A stretch of 64,000 bases of DNA, taken from the NCBI GenBank assembly GCA_964513645.1, contig CAZENF010000001.1, forward strand, positions 71,303 through 135,302. Reading direction: 5' to 3'. This DNA is from an uncultured Candidatus Saccharibacteria bacterium (GTDB taxonomy: Bacteria > Patescibacteriota > Minisyncoccia > 2-02-FULL-40-12 > GWA2-44-9). Shown piece after piece: positions 9,402 to 17,954 of the stretch (position 1 is its first letter; every line of letters begins with the position of its first letter). The position numbers and the translations under genes are program-made. The notes beneath the pieces are model-generated. The model was not told the DNA's origin. It worked only from the letters and a program-made list of their open reading frames with translations, and searched no databases.

Positions 9402-10652
9402 TTATATTCTTGCAATATCTGCTCCTATTTTTTGCAAACGTTCTTCGATTTTTTCATAACCGCGATCGATCTGATAAACATTTTCTATTACTGAACGCCC
9501 TTTCGCGCATAAAGCGGCGATGATATACGCCATACCTGCCCGGATATCGGGACTTTCTATTTCGCGGCCTCTTAATTCTGCCGGACCCTTTATCTCTATC
9601 CTGTGCGGGTCCAGACTCAAAACATTTCCACCCATTCTTTTTAATTCTTCGGTCCAATTTAATCTGCCTTCATAGACAGTCTCGTGAACGAGAGCCTGCC
9701 CTTCTGCCTGTGTTAATAGCACACATAAAGGTGCTTGTAAATCTGTGGGAAATCCCGGATATTCCCTGGTTCTGATACTGACCGAACTTAATTTTGAAGA
9801 CGAAACAGAGATGGAATTTTTACTTATTTTGAATTTATTACCGGTTTTTTGGAGCAAACTTAGAAGAGAGTCGAGGTGTTCCGGTTCACAATTTTTAACG
9901 GTTATTGGACTTCCCAATAAAGCCCCCAGAATGACAAAACTTCCCGCTTCGATCCTATCAGGTATTGTAGTGTGATTGCCGCCTTTTAAAGTTTTAACTC
10001 CTTGAATAGTCATATTGTGTGTTCCGGCGCCTGATATTTTTGCGCCGCAACGGTTCAAAAACCCGGCCAGACTTTCAACTTCCGGTTCAGAGGCACAATT
10101 TTTAAGTATTGTTGTACCTTCCGCCAAAGAAGCTGCCATCATCATCGCCTCCGTACCTGTAACACTGATACTGCCAAAAACAAATTTAGCACCTTTTAAT
10201 TTTTTGGCACTGACAGAATAATTATTGTTTTTATACCCGACTTTTGCTCCCAAAGCCCGGTATCCGTCTAAAAAAACATCTATTGGCCGCTCACCGATAA
10301 CACAACCCCCGGGATGAGGAAAGTCAACCTTGCCGGTTCTGGCCAAGAGCGGTGCCGTCAAAAGTATCGAAGCCCTTAATTTTTTTGCTATTTCGGGCTG
10401 AATGGACGTATTTATTATTTTATCAGCCCTTATCTTATATTTTGAATCTTCGGGATGTTCTATATTCACCCCCAAATTAGCAATGAGTTCGGACATTCTT
10501 CTGATATCCTCTATTTCAGGGACATTACCTACGCTGACGGTTTTTGAAGTCAATAAAGAAGCGGCGAGAATAACCAACGAATCGTTCTTCGCTCCCTTAA
10601 CTTCAATAGTGCCTTTTAATTTTTTTCCTCCATTGATGATAAATTTAGGCAT
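9402..10652 (-). CDS. murA: UDP-N-acetylglucosamine 1-carboxyvinyltransferase
   Basis: GAKN, LRAS, PGGCVIGERP, SVTGTE, PGFPTDLQ, DIRAG, IDRGYE; likely start MPKF at 10652. Confidence 0.97.
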   Translation of the reverse strand: MPKFIINGGKKLKGTIEVKGAKNDSLVILAASLLTSKTVSVGNVPEIEDIRRMSELIANLGVNIEHPEDSKYKIRADKIINTSIQPEIAKKLRASILLTAPLLARTGKVDFPHPGGCVIGERPIDVFLDGYRALGAKVGYKNNNYSVSAKKLKGAKFVFGSISVTGTEAMMMAASLAEGTTILKNCASEPEVESLAGFLNRCGAKISGAGTHNMTIQGVKTLKGGNHTTIPDRIEAGSFVILGALLGSPITVKNCEPEHLDSLLSLLQKTGNKFKISKNSISVSSSKLSSVSIRTREYPGFPTDLQAPLCVLLTQAEGQALVHETVYEGRLNWTEELKRMGGNVLSLDPHRIEIKGPAELRGREIESPDIRAGMAYIIAALCAKGRSVIENVYQIDRGYEKIEERLQKIGADIARI

Positions 10653-10730
10653 AACGTTATTAATATTATGGTTTTTAAAACATAAAGACAAGTTAGTTGA
10701 TAAATCCTCCAAACGTGTTATAAATTAACA

Positions 10731-11588
10731 ATGACAAAGGCGACAAAAAGAACGTTTTTTTATTCTGCGGTGGCGGTTTTTTTGTTATTGAGCTATATCA
10801 TCGTCCTCTACGCCCTTGGCTATAAGTATAGTTTTTCTGAAGGTAAATTCTTAAGAACGGGTGCGATATCCATGAAGGCAAATACTGGGGCAAATATTTA
10901 CCTCGACAATAAACTGGACGGCTCAACTTCATTTTTTAATAATAGTTATAGCATCAACGGGCTTCTGCCCAAAAATTACAAGCTAAAAGTAGAAAAAGAA
11001 AATTATTTCACCTGGTCAAAAACCGTGACGGTTGAGGAGGGTCTGGTGACGGATTTTCCAAGTATCTTTCTGATACCGACCAGCGGCGATGAAAAAGATA
11101 AACTCATCCAAAATATTCAGCAGTTGTTAGCGGAGCTTTCACCGACACCTTCACCAAAACCCAAAGCGATTCCGCCGGCGATTAAACCCAAGCTAAGTCC
11201 TTCGCCTTCTCCAGAAAAAACAGAGATGTTCTATCTTGATCCGAAAACAAAAAACCTTTACCAAAATACTTCGGATAATCCTAAACTTATCGCCTCTGCC
11301 GTCAAAGATTTTCAATTGTCCGAAAGTAAAAAGAAGATCTTCTGGCGGACTTCGAACAGTATCTGGGTTAAATGGCTCGATGATACAAATTACCAACCTC
11401 TCCACAAAAACGGCGATAAGAGCTTAATAGTTAATTTTTCCGCACCGATAGAGAGTGCGTCCTGGTTCAAGGATGAGGACCATATCGTGGCGGAATTTGA
11501 AAGGCAGGACCTGAAAGGTAGGCCTTATGCTTCATATAAGATAATGGAAATAGATACGAGGGGCGGGTTAAATATAGTGGAGATATAA
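10731..11588 (+). CDS. Membrane-anchored PEGA-domain protein
   Basis: N-terminal TM, TGAI...ANIYLD...L.P..Y.LKVEKENY..WSK, Pro-rich linker. Confidence 0.75.
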   Translation: MTKATKRTFFYSAVAVFLLLSYIIVLYALGYKYSFSEGKFLRTGAISMKANTGANIYLDNKLDGSTSFFNNSYSINGLLPKNYKLKVEKENYFTWSKTVTVEEGLVTDFPSIFLIPTSGDEKDKLIQNIQQLLAELSPTPSPKPKAIPPAIKPKLSPSPSPEKTEMFYLDPKTKNLYQNTSDNPKLIASAVKDFQLSESKKKIFWRTSNSIWVKWLDDTNYQPLHKNGDKSLIVNFSAPIESASWFKDEDHIVAEFERQDLKGRPYASYKIMEIDTRGGLNIVEI

Positions 11589-11599
11589 TTTTCTTGGCA

Positions 11600-11630
11600 A
11601 AAAAATATTCCCCTTCCGGGGAATATTTTT
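11600..11630. terminator. Bidirectional intrinsic terminator
   Basis: AAAAATATTCCCC-TTCC-GGGGAATATTTTT between convergent genes. Confidence 0.8.
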
Positions 11631-12235
11631 TATCTCTTTGACCAGGCCGGTCCTTTTCTTGCTTTTTTGAGACCGTACTTGCGACGCTCCTTAACTCTCG
11701 AATCACGGGTAAGAAACCGGGCTTTTTTGAGTTTCTTTCTGAAATTTTGGTCGAATAGGACCAATGTTCTCGAAAGGCCGTGTTTTATGGCATCGGCCTG
11801 ACCGGATAATCCGCCGCCGTTAACTCTGACGGTGGCCTTAAAACGGTTTACAGAACGTAATTTTTTTAAAGGTGATTCTACGATCGATTGTAAAATTTTG
11901 TCGGAGAAATATTCGCGGTAATCTTTGTCGTTAACTCTGATCAGAGCATGTTCTCCATCGACGGCATCGGTCGATTTTTTTGTAAAAAGGCGGACAATGG
12001 CCACTGATTCCTTGCGGCGCCCGACTGATTGAAAATATTTTTCCTTCTTCTGGTTTTTTTCATCTTCTCCTTCTTTTTTAACATCCTCTTCTCCCGCTTT
12101 TGTTAGGACTTCCGGCTCTTCGTTCTCTTCAGGCAAAGTAAGGCCGGCCTGTTTCAAGGTTTCTTCGGCGGCTTTAGGTTTTTCTTTTACTTTTTTAACC
12201 GCTTTTTTGGATTTGGCTGTCGGCTTGGAAGGCAT
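11630..12235 (-). CDS. rpsI: 30S ribosomal protein S9 with charged N-terminal extension
   Basis: GRRK, GGG.SGQADAI, LTRDSRVKERRKYGLKKARK...SKR. Confidence 0.97.
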   Translation of the reverse strand: MPSKPTAKSKKAVKKVKEKPKAAEETLKQAGLTLPEENEEPEVLTKAGEEDVKKEGEDEKNQKKEKYFQSVGRRKESVAIVRLFTKKSTDAVDGEHALIRVNDKDYREYFSDKILQSIVESPLKKLRSVNRFKATVRVNGGGLSGQADAIKHGLSRTLVLFDQNFRKKLKKARFLTRDSRVKERRKYGLKKARKGPAWSKR

Positions 12236-12237
12236 GA

Positions 12238-12576
12238 TTAATTAAATTTCAAATTTTTTATTATTTTATCACGGGTCCGGTTGATAGGAAGCATACGGTA
12301 AACCATCCTACGAAGAACTTCTTGCGGCTTTTTATCCCAAAGCTCTTCGAGACCCCTGGCTTTAATTCCGCCGTGATAGCCTGAATAGTGGTAATATTTT
12401 TTCTGGCTTAGTTTATTACCGGTAAATTTAGCATTTTTCAAATTTTTAACAAGGACCTCATGTTCAGGTAATTTGTTGGGGGTATAAGAAGCTATCCCTT
12501 TACCGCGTAAAAGATGGGCAGTTTTGCTGGCTAATCGTCCCAATGATTGATTTGTAGCATCGAGGGTGTATTTCAT
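12238..12576 (-). CDS. rplM: 50S ribosomal protein L13 (short)
   Basis: DAT...LGRLAS..A..LRGK, HSGY.GG, V.RMLP. Confidence 0.95.
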   Translation of the reverse strand: MKYTLDATNQSLGRLASKTAHLLRGKGIASYTPNKLPEHEVLVKNLKNAKFTGNKLSQKKYYHYSGYHGGIKARGLEELWDKKPQEVLRRMVYRMLPINRTRDKIIKNLKFN

Positions 12577-12578
12577 AA

Positions 12579-12926
12579 TTATTCAGTAAATTCTATCTGG
12601 GCCATTTCCGCGCCATCGCTTGTCCGACGACCAAGGCGAAAAACCTTAGTATAACCGCCGTTCCGGTCTTTAAATTTAGGACCGATATGGTTCATAAGTT
12701 TTTGAGCGGCTGTTTCTCCGATATCCTGCTTTATCTCTCTTTTGGCCGCGAGGCTGCTTTTCTTGGATTTGGTGACCAGTTTATCAGCAAAACCGGAAAG
12801 TGATTTGGCTTTGGCCAAAGTGGTCCTTATTTTGCCATGTTCAATTAGAGCCGTAGCTAAAGCTTTATAAAGCGCTTTGCGCTGATTTCTTGCTCTGGCA
12901 AATTTTCTTTTATTACCGCGGCGCAT
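12579..12926 (-). CDS. rplQ: 50S ribosomal protein L17
   Basis: I.TT.AKAK, RNGGYT, R.SDGAEMA.IE. Confidence 0.97.
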   Translation of the reverse strand: MRRGNKRKFARARNQRKALYKALATALIEHGKIRTTLAKAKSLSGFADKLVTKSKKSSLAAKREIKQDIGETAAQKLMNHIGPKFKDRNGGYTKVFRLGRRTSDGAEMAQIEFTE

Positions 12927-12931
12927 ATTGT

Positions 12932-13687
12932 TTATTTAGATTTCTTTTTCGTTTTTATTTCTTTGGCTTCTTTTTTCTTTGCTACAGGTTTTTCTTTCGA
13001 TTCTGGAACTTCGACGTCTGAAACCGTCTTGAAATGGTCTACTAATATTCCTGCGGCGCTTTTAAGCGCTTGTTCAGGTTCAATCGAGCCGTCTGTCTCT
13101 ACTTCCATGACTATTTTGTTATAATCGATCCTTTCGCCGACACGCATGCTTTCTATCGAAAAATTCACCATTTTAACCGGAGAGTACACCGCATCAATGG
13201 CGATAACTCCAATAGGAAGTTTATCTTTCCTTCTTTGTTCAACCGGAACGTAGCCGACGCCTTTTTCAATCTCAAGTTCCATGTTCATCGAAGCTTTCTT
13301 GTCGGTCAAAGTAGCGATGTGCTGGTCTTCGTTAATAAGCTCTATATCGGAGGTGAGCTTGATGTCCTTACCGGTAAGTTTTTTCTCGCCGCTGGCTTCT
13401 AAAATAACTTTAACCGGACCTTCTCCATGAAGTTTAAATCTTAATTTCTTAACGTTTAAGATGACCTCTATCACGTCTTCGAGAACTCCGGGAATAGTTG
13501 AAAATTCATGTTCGACTCCTTTTATCTTGATTGAAACGACGGCGGAGCCGGACAAAGACGATAAGAGAACCCGTCTTAATGGGTTTGCAATAGTAGCTCC
13601 GTATCCGGGCATCAACGGCGATATTTCAAAAACAACTTTACTGCCTTCTTTCGATACGACCTTAATTTTTTCTGGTAATTGTAACAT
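12932..13687 (-). CDS. rpoA: RNA polymerase alpha subunit lacking the alpha-CTD
   Basis: PL.PGYG.T..N.LRR.LLSS, HEFSTIPGV.ED, DA.YSPV, ETDGSI.P; ends in a Lys-rich tail at 251 aa. Confidence 0.96.
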   Translation of the reverse strand: MLQLPEKIKVVSKEGSKVVFEISPLMPGYGATIANPLRRVLLSSLSGSAVVSIKIKGVEHEFSTIPGVLEDVIEVILNVKKLRFKLHGEGPVKVILEASGEKKLTGKDIKLTSDIELINEDQHIATLTDKKASMNMELEIEKGVGYVPVEQRRKDKLPIGVIAIDAVYSPVKMVNFSIESMRVGERIDYNKIVMEVETDGSIEPEQALKSAAGILVDHFKTVSDVEVPESKEKPVAKKKEAKEIKTKKKSK

Positions 13688-13756
13688 TGATATTGGTTAT
13701 TAGTTCTCTGCCGTTAGTACCCTCCGAGTTCTAATGGCCGGGACCTAAAAAACTTT

Positions 13757-14392
13757 TTACCTTGAATAAAATTCAATTATTGATTGCAAATCCTCCGTTC
13801 TGACACCGCTTTCTTCAAGAACCGGATGATTTTTTACTTTTGCAGTCATTTTTTCCTTATTTATCTCGATCCAACTCGGCGCTTCGTAACCTTTAAACCA
13901 TTGCGGCATAAGATTTGAAAAATAAGGCGAAGTCCTGCTGGCTTCCCTAATTCCTATCTCATCCCCGAGAGAAACCTGATATGACGGAATACTTGCCCTC
14001 TTGCCGTTAACAGTTATGTGGCCGTGGTTGACCAATTGGCGGGCTTGATCTCTGGATTGGGCGAAACCGCTCCGATAGACGATATTATCGAGTCTGTATT
14101 CGAGTTTATTAAGTATTGCGGTATATGGTTCTTTTCGTGAAGCGACAGCGCTTTTAATGTAATTTTTGAATTGTTTTTCGAGTAAACGGTAAATATTTTT
14201 AACCTTCTGCTTGGATTTCAATTGAAGAGCGAATTCCGAAGGTTTTCTTCCTCTGCTTTGTCCATGCATTCCTGGCGGATAAGGTCTTTTGACCATAGCC
14301 GATTTTTGCGAATGCGAACGCTCACCTTTCAGAAAAAGCTTTTCTCCTATCCTTCTTTCGATTTTTTCTCTTGGGCCTGTGTAACGAGCCAT
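13757..14392 (-). CDS. rpsD: 30S ribosomal protein S4
   Basis: MARYTGP, YPPG.HG, RLDN.VYR.GFA, ARQLVNHGH, IEFYSR. Confidence 0.98.
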   Translation of the reverse strand: MARYTGPREKIERRIGEKLFLKGERSHSQKSAMVKRPYPPGMHGQSRGRKPSEFALQLKSKQKVKNIYRLLEKQFKNYIKSAVASRKEPYTAILNKLEYRLDNIVYRSGFAQSRDQARQLVNHGHITVNGKRASIPSYQVSLGDEIGIREASRTSPYFSNLMPQWFKGYEAPSWIEINKEKMTAKVKNHPVLEESGVRTEDLQSIIEFYSR

Positions 14393-14413
14393 GGAAATAT
14401 ATTAATTAAAATT

Positions 14414-14854
14414 TTATACTCTCCTTGGTTTCTTCCGCCTCACTCCGTTATGAGCGATCGGCGTGGAATCCATGATTGAAGTTATGTTGAGTCCGCTTCC
14501 GGCCAGTCCTCTGACTGCCGCTTCCCTGCCTGGACCGATACCTTTAACAACGACTCTGATGTTGGCTAAATTGAATTTTTTTGATTTCTCAACGCAATCC
14601 TTAGCAACCAAATTAGCCGCATATGGGGTTGATTTCTTGGTCCCTTTGAAACCTAACTTACCGGAAGATGACCAGGCAATAACCTCACCCTTCGGATCAG
14701 TAATACAAACCAGGGTGTTGTTGTATGAAACATTCACATAAGCCACTCCGTTCAAAACCTGTTTTTTTGAGGTTTTTTTCGCAGACGAAGAGATTGCTTC
14801 TTCGGAAGCAGTAGCTTGGTCGCCTTGAGTTGTAATTATACGCTTTTTACCCAT
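14414..14854 (-). CDS. rpsK: 30S ribosomal protein S11
   Basis: SYNNT, GFKGTKKSTPYAA, G.G.GRE, TPIAHNG.R. Confidence 0.98.
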   Translation of the reverse strand: MGKKRIITTQGDQATASEEAISSSAKKTSKKQVLNGVAYVNVSYNNTLVCITDPKGEVIAWSSSGKLGFKGTKKSTPYAANLVAKDCVEKSKKFNLANIRVVVKGIGPGREAAVRGLAGSGLNITSIMDSTPIAHNGVRRKKPRRV

Positions 14855-14858
14855 TTTG

Positions 14859-14966
14859 CATCGAGGGACCCATTAGGTCGCCCGCGAGGGGTCCCATTGT
14901 GGTTTTGCTCCTTATGCTTTCGAGAAACACAATGGGGACACGCGTAGGCGACCAAGAGGGTCGATG
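14859..14966. repeat. Long imperfect hairpin filling the rpsM-rpsK spacer
   Basis: CATCGA/TCGATG, GGTCGCC/GGCGACC, CGCG/CGCG, CCCATTGTG/CACAATGGG. Confidence 0.75.
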
Positions 14967-15353
14967 TTATGTTTTTTCGGCTGAAGGTTTTCTACCCGAA
15001 CCCATGGTCTTTCTGACATTGCCACGAATGGTTCTGGAATTAGTCTTGCTACGACCATGAACAGGGAGACGTCTCGCGTGTCTTAAACCACGCCACGCCC
15101 CGACTTCCTTGAGGCGTTTTATGTTCTGGCTTACCTCACGTCTCAAATCACCTTCAACTTTATAATTTCTTTCGAGAATCTTCTGAATCTTGTTCAGTTC
15201 CTCGTTGGTCAAGTCTTTGGTCATCTTGTCCGGATTTATATTGGCCGAACGAAGGATTACACGACTGACAGATAAACCCACCCCATAGATATAAGGCAGG
15301 GAGTAAGCTATCTTTTTATTGTCCGGAATTGTTATACCAAGGATTCTGGCCAT
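14967..15353 (-). CDS. rpsM: 30S ribosomal protein S13
   Basis: MARI.G, IYGVG, EGDLRR, RG.RH...LPV.G..KTN.RT. Confidence 0.98.
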   Translation of the reverse strand: MARILGITIPDNKKIAYSLPYIYGVGLSVSRVILRSANINPDKMTKDLTNEELNKIQKILERNYKVEGDLRREVSQNIKRLKEVGAWRGLRHARRLPVHGRSKTNSRTIRGNVRKTMGSGRKPSAEKT

Positions 15354-15358
15354 AATGT

Positions 15359-15472
15359 TTAACCTTGTCTTTGTTTATGCTTGGGATTCTTGCAGATACA
15401 ATACAGACGGCCTTTCCGTCTGACTAATTTGCAATTATTGCACATTTTTTTTACAGAAGCCCGTACTTTCAT
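15359..15472 (-). CDS. rpmJ: 50S ribosomal protein L36
   Basis: Own translation: [37 protein letters not shown] (37 aa; below ORF-track cutoff). Confidence 0.97.
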   Translation of the reverse strand: MKVRASVKKMCNNCKLVRRKGRLYCICKNPKHKQRQG

Positions 15473-15579
15473 CCCGTACAAAGTAGCCCTTACAGGGCTT
15501 GAAGGTCAAATGTTTGACTTTCAAATCCATGCGAGAACTCACCACATCCCGTCCAAGTATTTGCTACTTTGTTCGGGAT
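15471..15579. repeat. Inverted-repeat-bounded structured element (infA-rpmJ)
   Basis: ATCCCGTACAAAGTAGC / GCTACTTTGTTCGGGAT (16/17); internal hairpins GCCCT/AGGGC and TTGAAGGTCAAA/TTTGACTTTCAA. Confidence 0.75.
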
Positions 15580-15596
15580 TCACACATATTTAAAAC

Positions 15597-15812
15597 CTAT
15601 AACCTTCGAATTATCCTTCCTCTTTTACCGTCAGGACTAAGTTCCAAGGACACCTTATCTCCCAGCATTACCTTTATATAATTAAGACGCATTTTGCCCG
15701 AAAGATAGCACAGGACACCCCGCCCATCTTCAAGCTGGACCTTAAAATTGGTATCCGGCAGTGCTTCAATAACGATTCCGTTTACTTTTTCTTTGGTCTG
15801 GTTCTGGTTCAC
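15597..15812 (-). CDS. infA: Translation initiation factor IF-1
   Basis: EALP...F.V.L, SGKMR...I....GD.V, RGRI..R; probable GTG start 15812. Confidence 0.96.
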   Translation of the reverse strand: MNQNQTKEKVNGIVIEALPDTNFKVQLEDGRGVLCYLSGKMRLNYIKVMLGDKVSLELSPDGKRGRIIRRL

Positions 15813-15971
15813 TCTAAATTTTTGCAAAAATAAACCTACATCCTTCAAGAAAGCGCGAGTGGCTGTTAAAGCCCTATAACCGCTTAAAAATTGCGGCCGC
15901 TTTCTTTAAAAATACTTATAAACCTTAGTTTATTTTCAACTTATGCATATTACCAAAATTGAGATTAAAAG

Positions 15972-17942
15972 TCAATTCCCGTAATCTACGGTCAATTTTA
16001 TCCGGCTGCGGTCGGTCGGAACCTTAAAAACCCAGAAAGGCGATAGAATAACCCTGGCCGAAGTTACTCCGTCAACTCCTTTTATATATTCCTTGATGCC
16101 ATCTGAATTTTTACCCATCAGATCCGAAATTATTTTTTCCTGATCTACTGTCTGATAAACATTACCTTTAACCGCAACCGTAAAAGTCATTACCTTCTGA
16201 TCTTTATCAAAATTAACATTATCAAATTTTATATCCAGTTTATCTGGAAATACTGTCACTTGGTTTGCATTTTGAATTATCCTTGTTATGAGATCGTCAA
16301 AATCAGATTGTTTGAATCCGACAGTGTTAAGCGTAGCCGTGCCAGAAACAGTAAAGGTATCAGCCGCTTGATCTACCTGTGCGCTTGAAACAATATCGCC
16401 CATTTCCGGTGCGACATTGTCCAGGATCTTTAACTGGGCCGCCTGGCCTTTAAGGTCATTCTTAATATCTTCTGCCAGTTTTTTCTGAACAGCATCTTTG
16501 GCTTTTGCATAATCATCCTGGGTAACTACCTTGGCTTTTCCGATTATACCGCCGACCATCGCTTTATCTGCCTGGCCGTAAATTTTACCGTACCGGTCCA
16601 TGTCCCCTTTTTCTTTAAAAGCCGGCATCGTAAATTTCCCGGGACTTATATTATACGTATCACCCGCCTTATCGGCTATAACTTCAACGTCGATAGTTCC
16701 CGGTATTATCTTTCCGTTGACGACCTTTGTTCCGGGAACGGTAACGTTCTTTAATGTCCTGAATATCAGGCCATTGGAATTTTCGAAACGTGTCGTGGCA
16801 ATAAGTATCTGGTATGTGGTTCCGTACTCATTGTAGATTGTGATTGTGCCGCGCGCTTTTTGTGCTACATCTTTCTCGCCGGTCGAAGGAAAAGTCTGGT
16901 CTTCTTTTTTACTTAGAGAAAAAAGTTGGCCGGGTATTCTTTTCAAAGCCGGGTCGACGGAAGAATAAGAATCCGAAACGCTTATTTTTATTCCGGAAAA
17001 ATCAACCGGAGAAACTTTGGGTTTAATTATCAATTCTGCCTTGCCCATTGAAACATAAAGCACGAAGCCAAAAATTATAACCACCCCTAATCCGTAAAGA
17101 TAGAGCGTTTTTTTGGATAAATTAGAAACCCATTTACCGACCGGAAATCCTGGCAACTTGTAACCTTCGGTCGGACCGGCATATATCTTTTGAGGAACTT
17201 CGCGCCCCAGAGGTTCTTGAGGAGTCGGCATAGCACGCACGGGAGGAGACTCACGTCTTGATTGCCAAACATTTTGTATCTCATTCATTGCCGACCTTTC
17301 AAGCATTTTGCTTTTTACCGACTGCGAGCGCCTGAACTCGCGTCTAACTTCAACATCAAACGGTTGTTCTGCAGTCTCATCAACCTTAACACTCACTGGG
17401 TCTTCTTTTTCAGGCTGGATAATATCGTCCATTGATTTTGAAACCTTAGCCGCCGCAAGCACTGCGCTTTCTTCGGGATCAAGTTCCGGCGTTTCAGACG
17501 AACCATAATCAACTTCATCATAAGAAGGGCTTTTAAAACCTTCAGAATCATCTTCGTTCCGCATCTCATCTCTGGCAGTATTTGTTTCTTGATATTGGTC
17601 GTCCTTATCTTCTTCCTCGACATCTTCCTCGACATCTTCCTCGACATCTTCCTCGACATCTTCATCGGCTTCTTCTTCATCATCACTCTCACTGGTTAGA
17701 ATTCCAAAATTATAACTCGAAGCCATGGCATTTATCTCCGGATTTTCGCTTAAGATAAGGACGGCCTTATCTAATTCTTCGGAAACATCGGCTAAAAGAG
17801 AGAAATTATCTTCTTTGGCAAAAGCTTTCGGTCTTTTGGGCAAAACAAAAATGACCTCATCGGCCTGAGCTTTCTTGAAAATCTCGAGTATATCACTGAA
17901 CTTATCGTCCCGGAGGACGTTGATTATCTTTGTCCCCGCCAT
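15972..17942 (-). CDS. Conserved CPR-type membrane protein (acidic N-region, TM, baseplate-J-like extracellular domain)
   Basis: KARGTITIYN...L...TRF...G..F, VPG, V.AD..G..YNI, GG; C-terminal LSPFWV..VP. Confidence 0.65.
   Translation of the reverse strand: MAGTKIINVLRDDKFSDILEIFKKAQADEVIFVLPKRPKAFAKEDNFSLLADVSEELDKAVLILSENPEINAMASSYNFGILTSESDDEEEADEDVEEDVEEDVEEDVEEEDKDDQYQETNTARDEMRNEDDSEGFKSPSYDEVDYGSSETPELDPEESAVLAAAKVSKSMDDIIQPEKEDPVSVKVDETAEQPFDVEVRREFRRSQSVKSKMLERSAMNEIQNVWQSRRESPPVRAMPTPQEPLGREVPQKIYAGPTEGYKLPGFPVGKWVSNLSKKTLYLYGLGVVIIFGFVLYVSMGKAELIIKPKVSPVDFSGIKISVSDSYSSVDPALKRIPGQLFSLSKKEDQTFPSTGEKDVAQKARGTITIYNEYGTTYQILIATTRFENSNGLIFRTLKNVTVPGTKVVNGKIIPGTIDVEVIADKAGDTYNISPGKFTMPAFKEKGDMDRYGKIYGQADKAMVGGIIGKAKVVTQDDYAKAKDAVQKKLAEDIKNDLKGQAAQLKILDNVAPEMGDIVSSAQVDQAADTFTVSGTATLNTVGFKQSDFDDLITRIIQNANQVTVFPDKLDIKFDNVNFDKDQKVMTFTVAVKGNVYQTVDQEKIISDLMGKNSDGIKEYIKGVDGVTSARVILSPFWVFKVPTDRSRIKLTVDYGN
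17609..17663. repeat. 12-bp coding tandem repeat (EEDV)n
   Basis: CTTCCTCGACAT repeated about four times. Confidence 0.8.
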
Positions 17943-17954
17943 TACCTTTCAATC

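Noticed and set aside
17609-17663. CRISPR array
   Set aside because: Spacer-less 12-bp coding repeat; no repeat-spacer array or cas gene anywhere in the window
15972-17942. Prophage, suggested by the baseplate-J-like domain
   Set aside because: No other phage genes; the protein is TM-anchored among housekeeping genes
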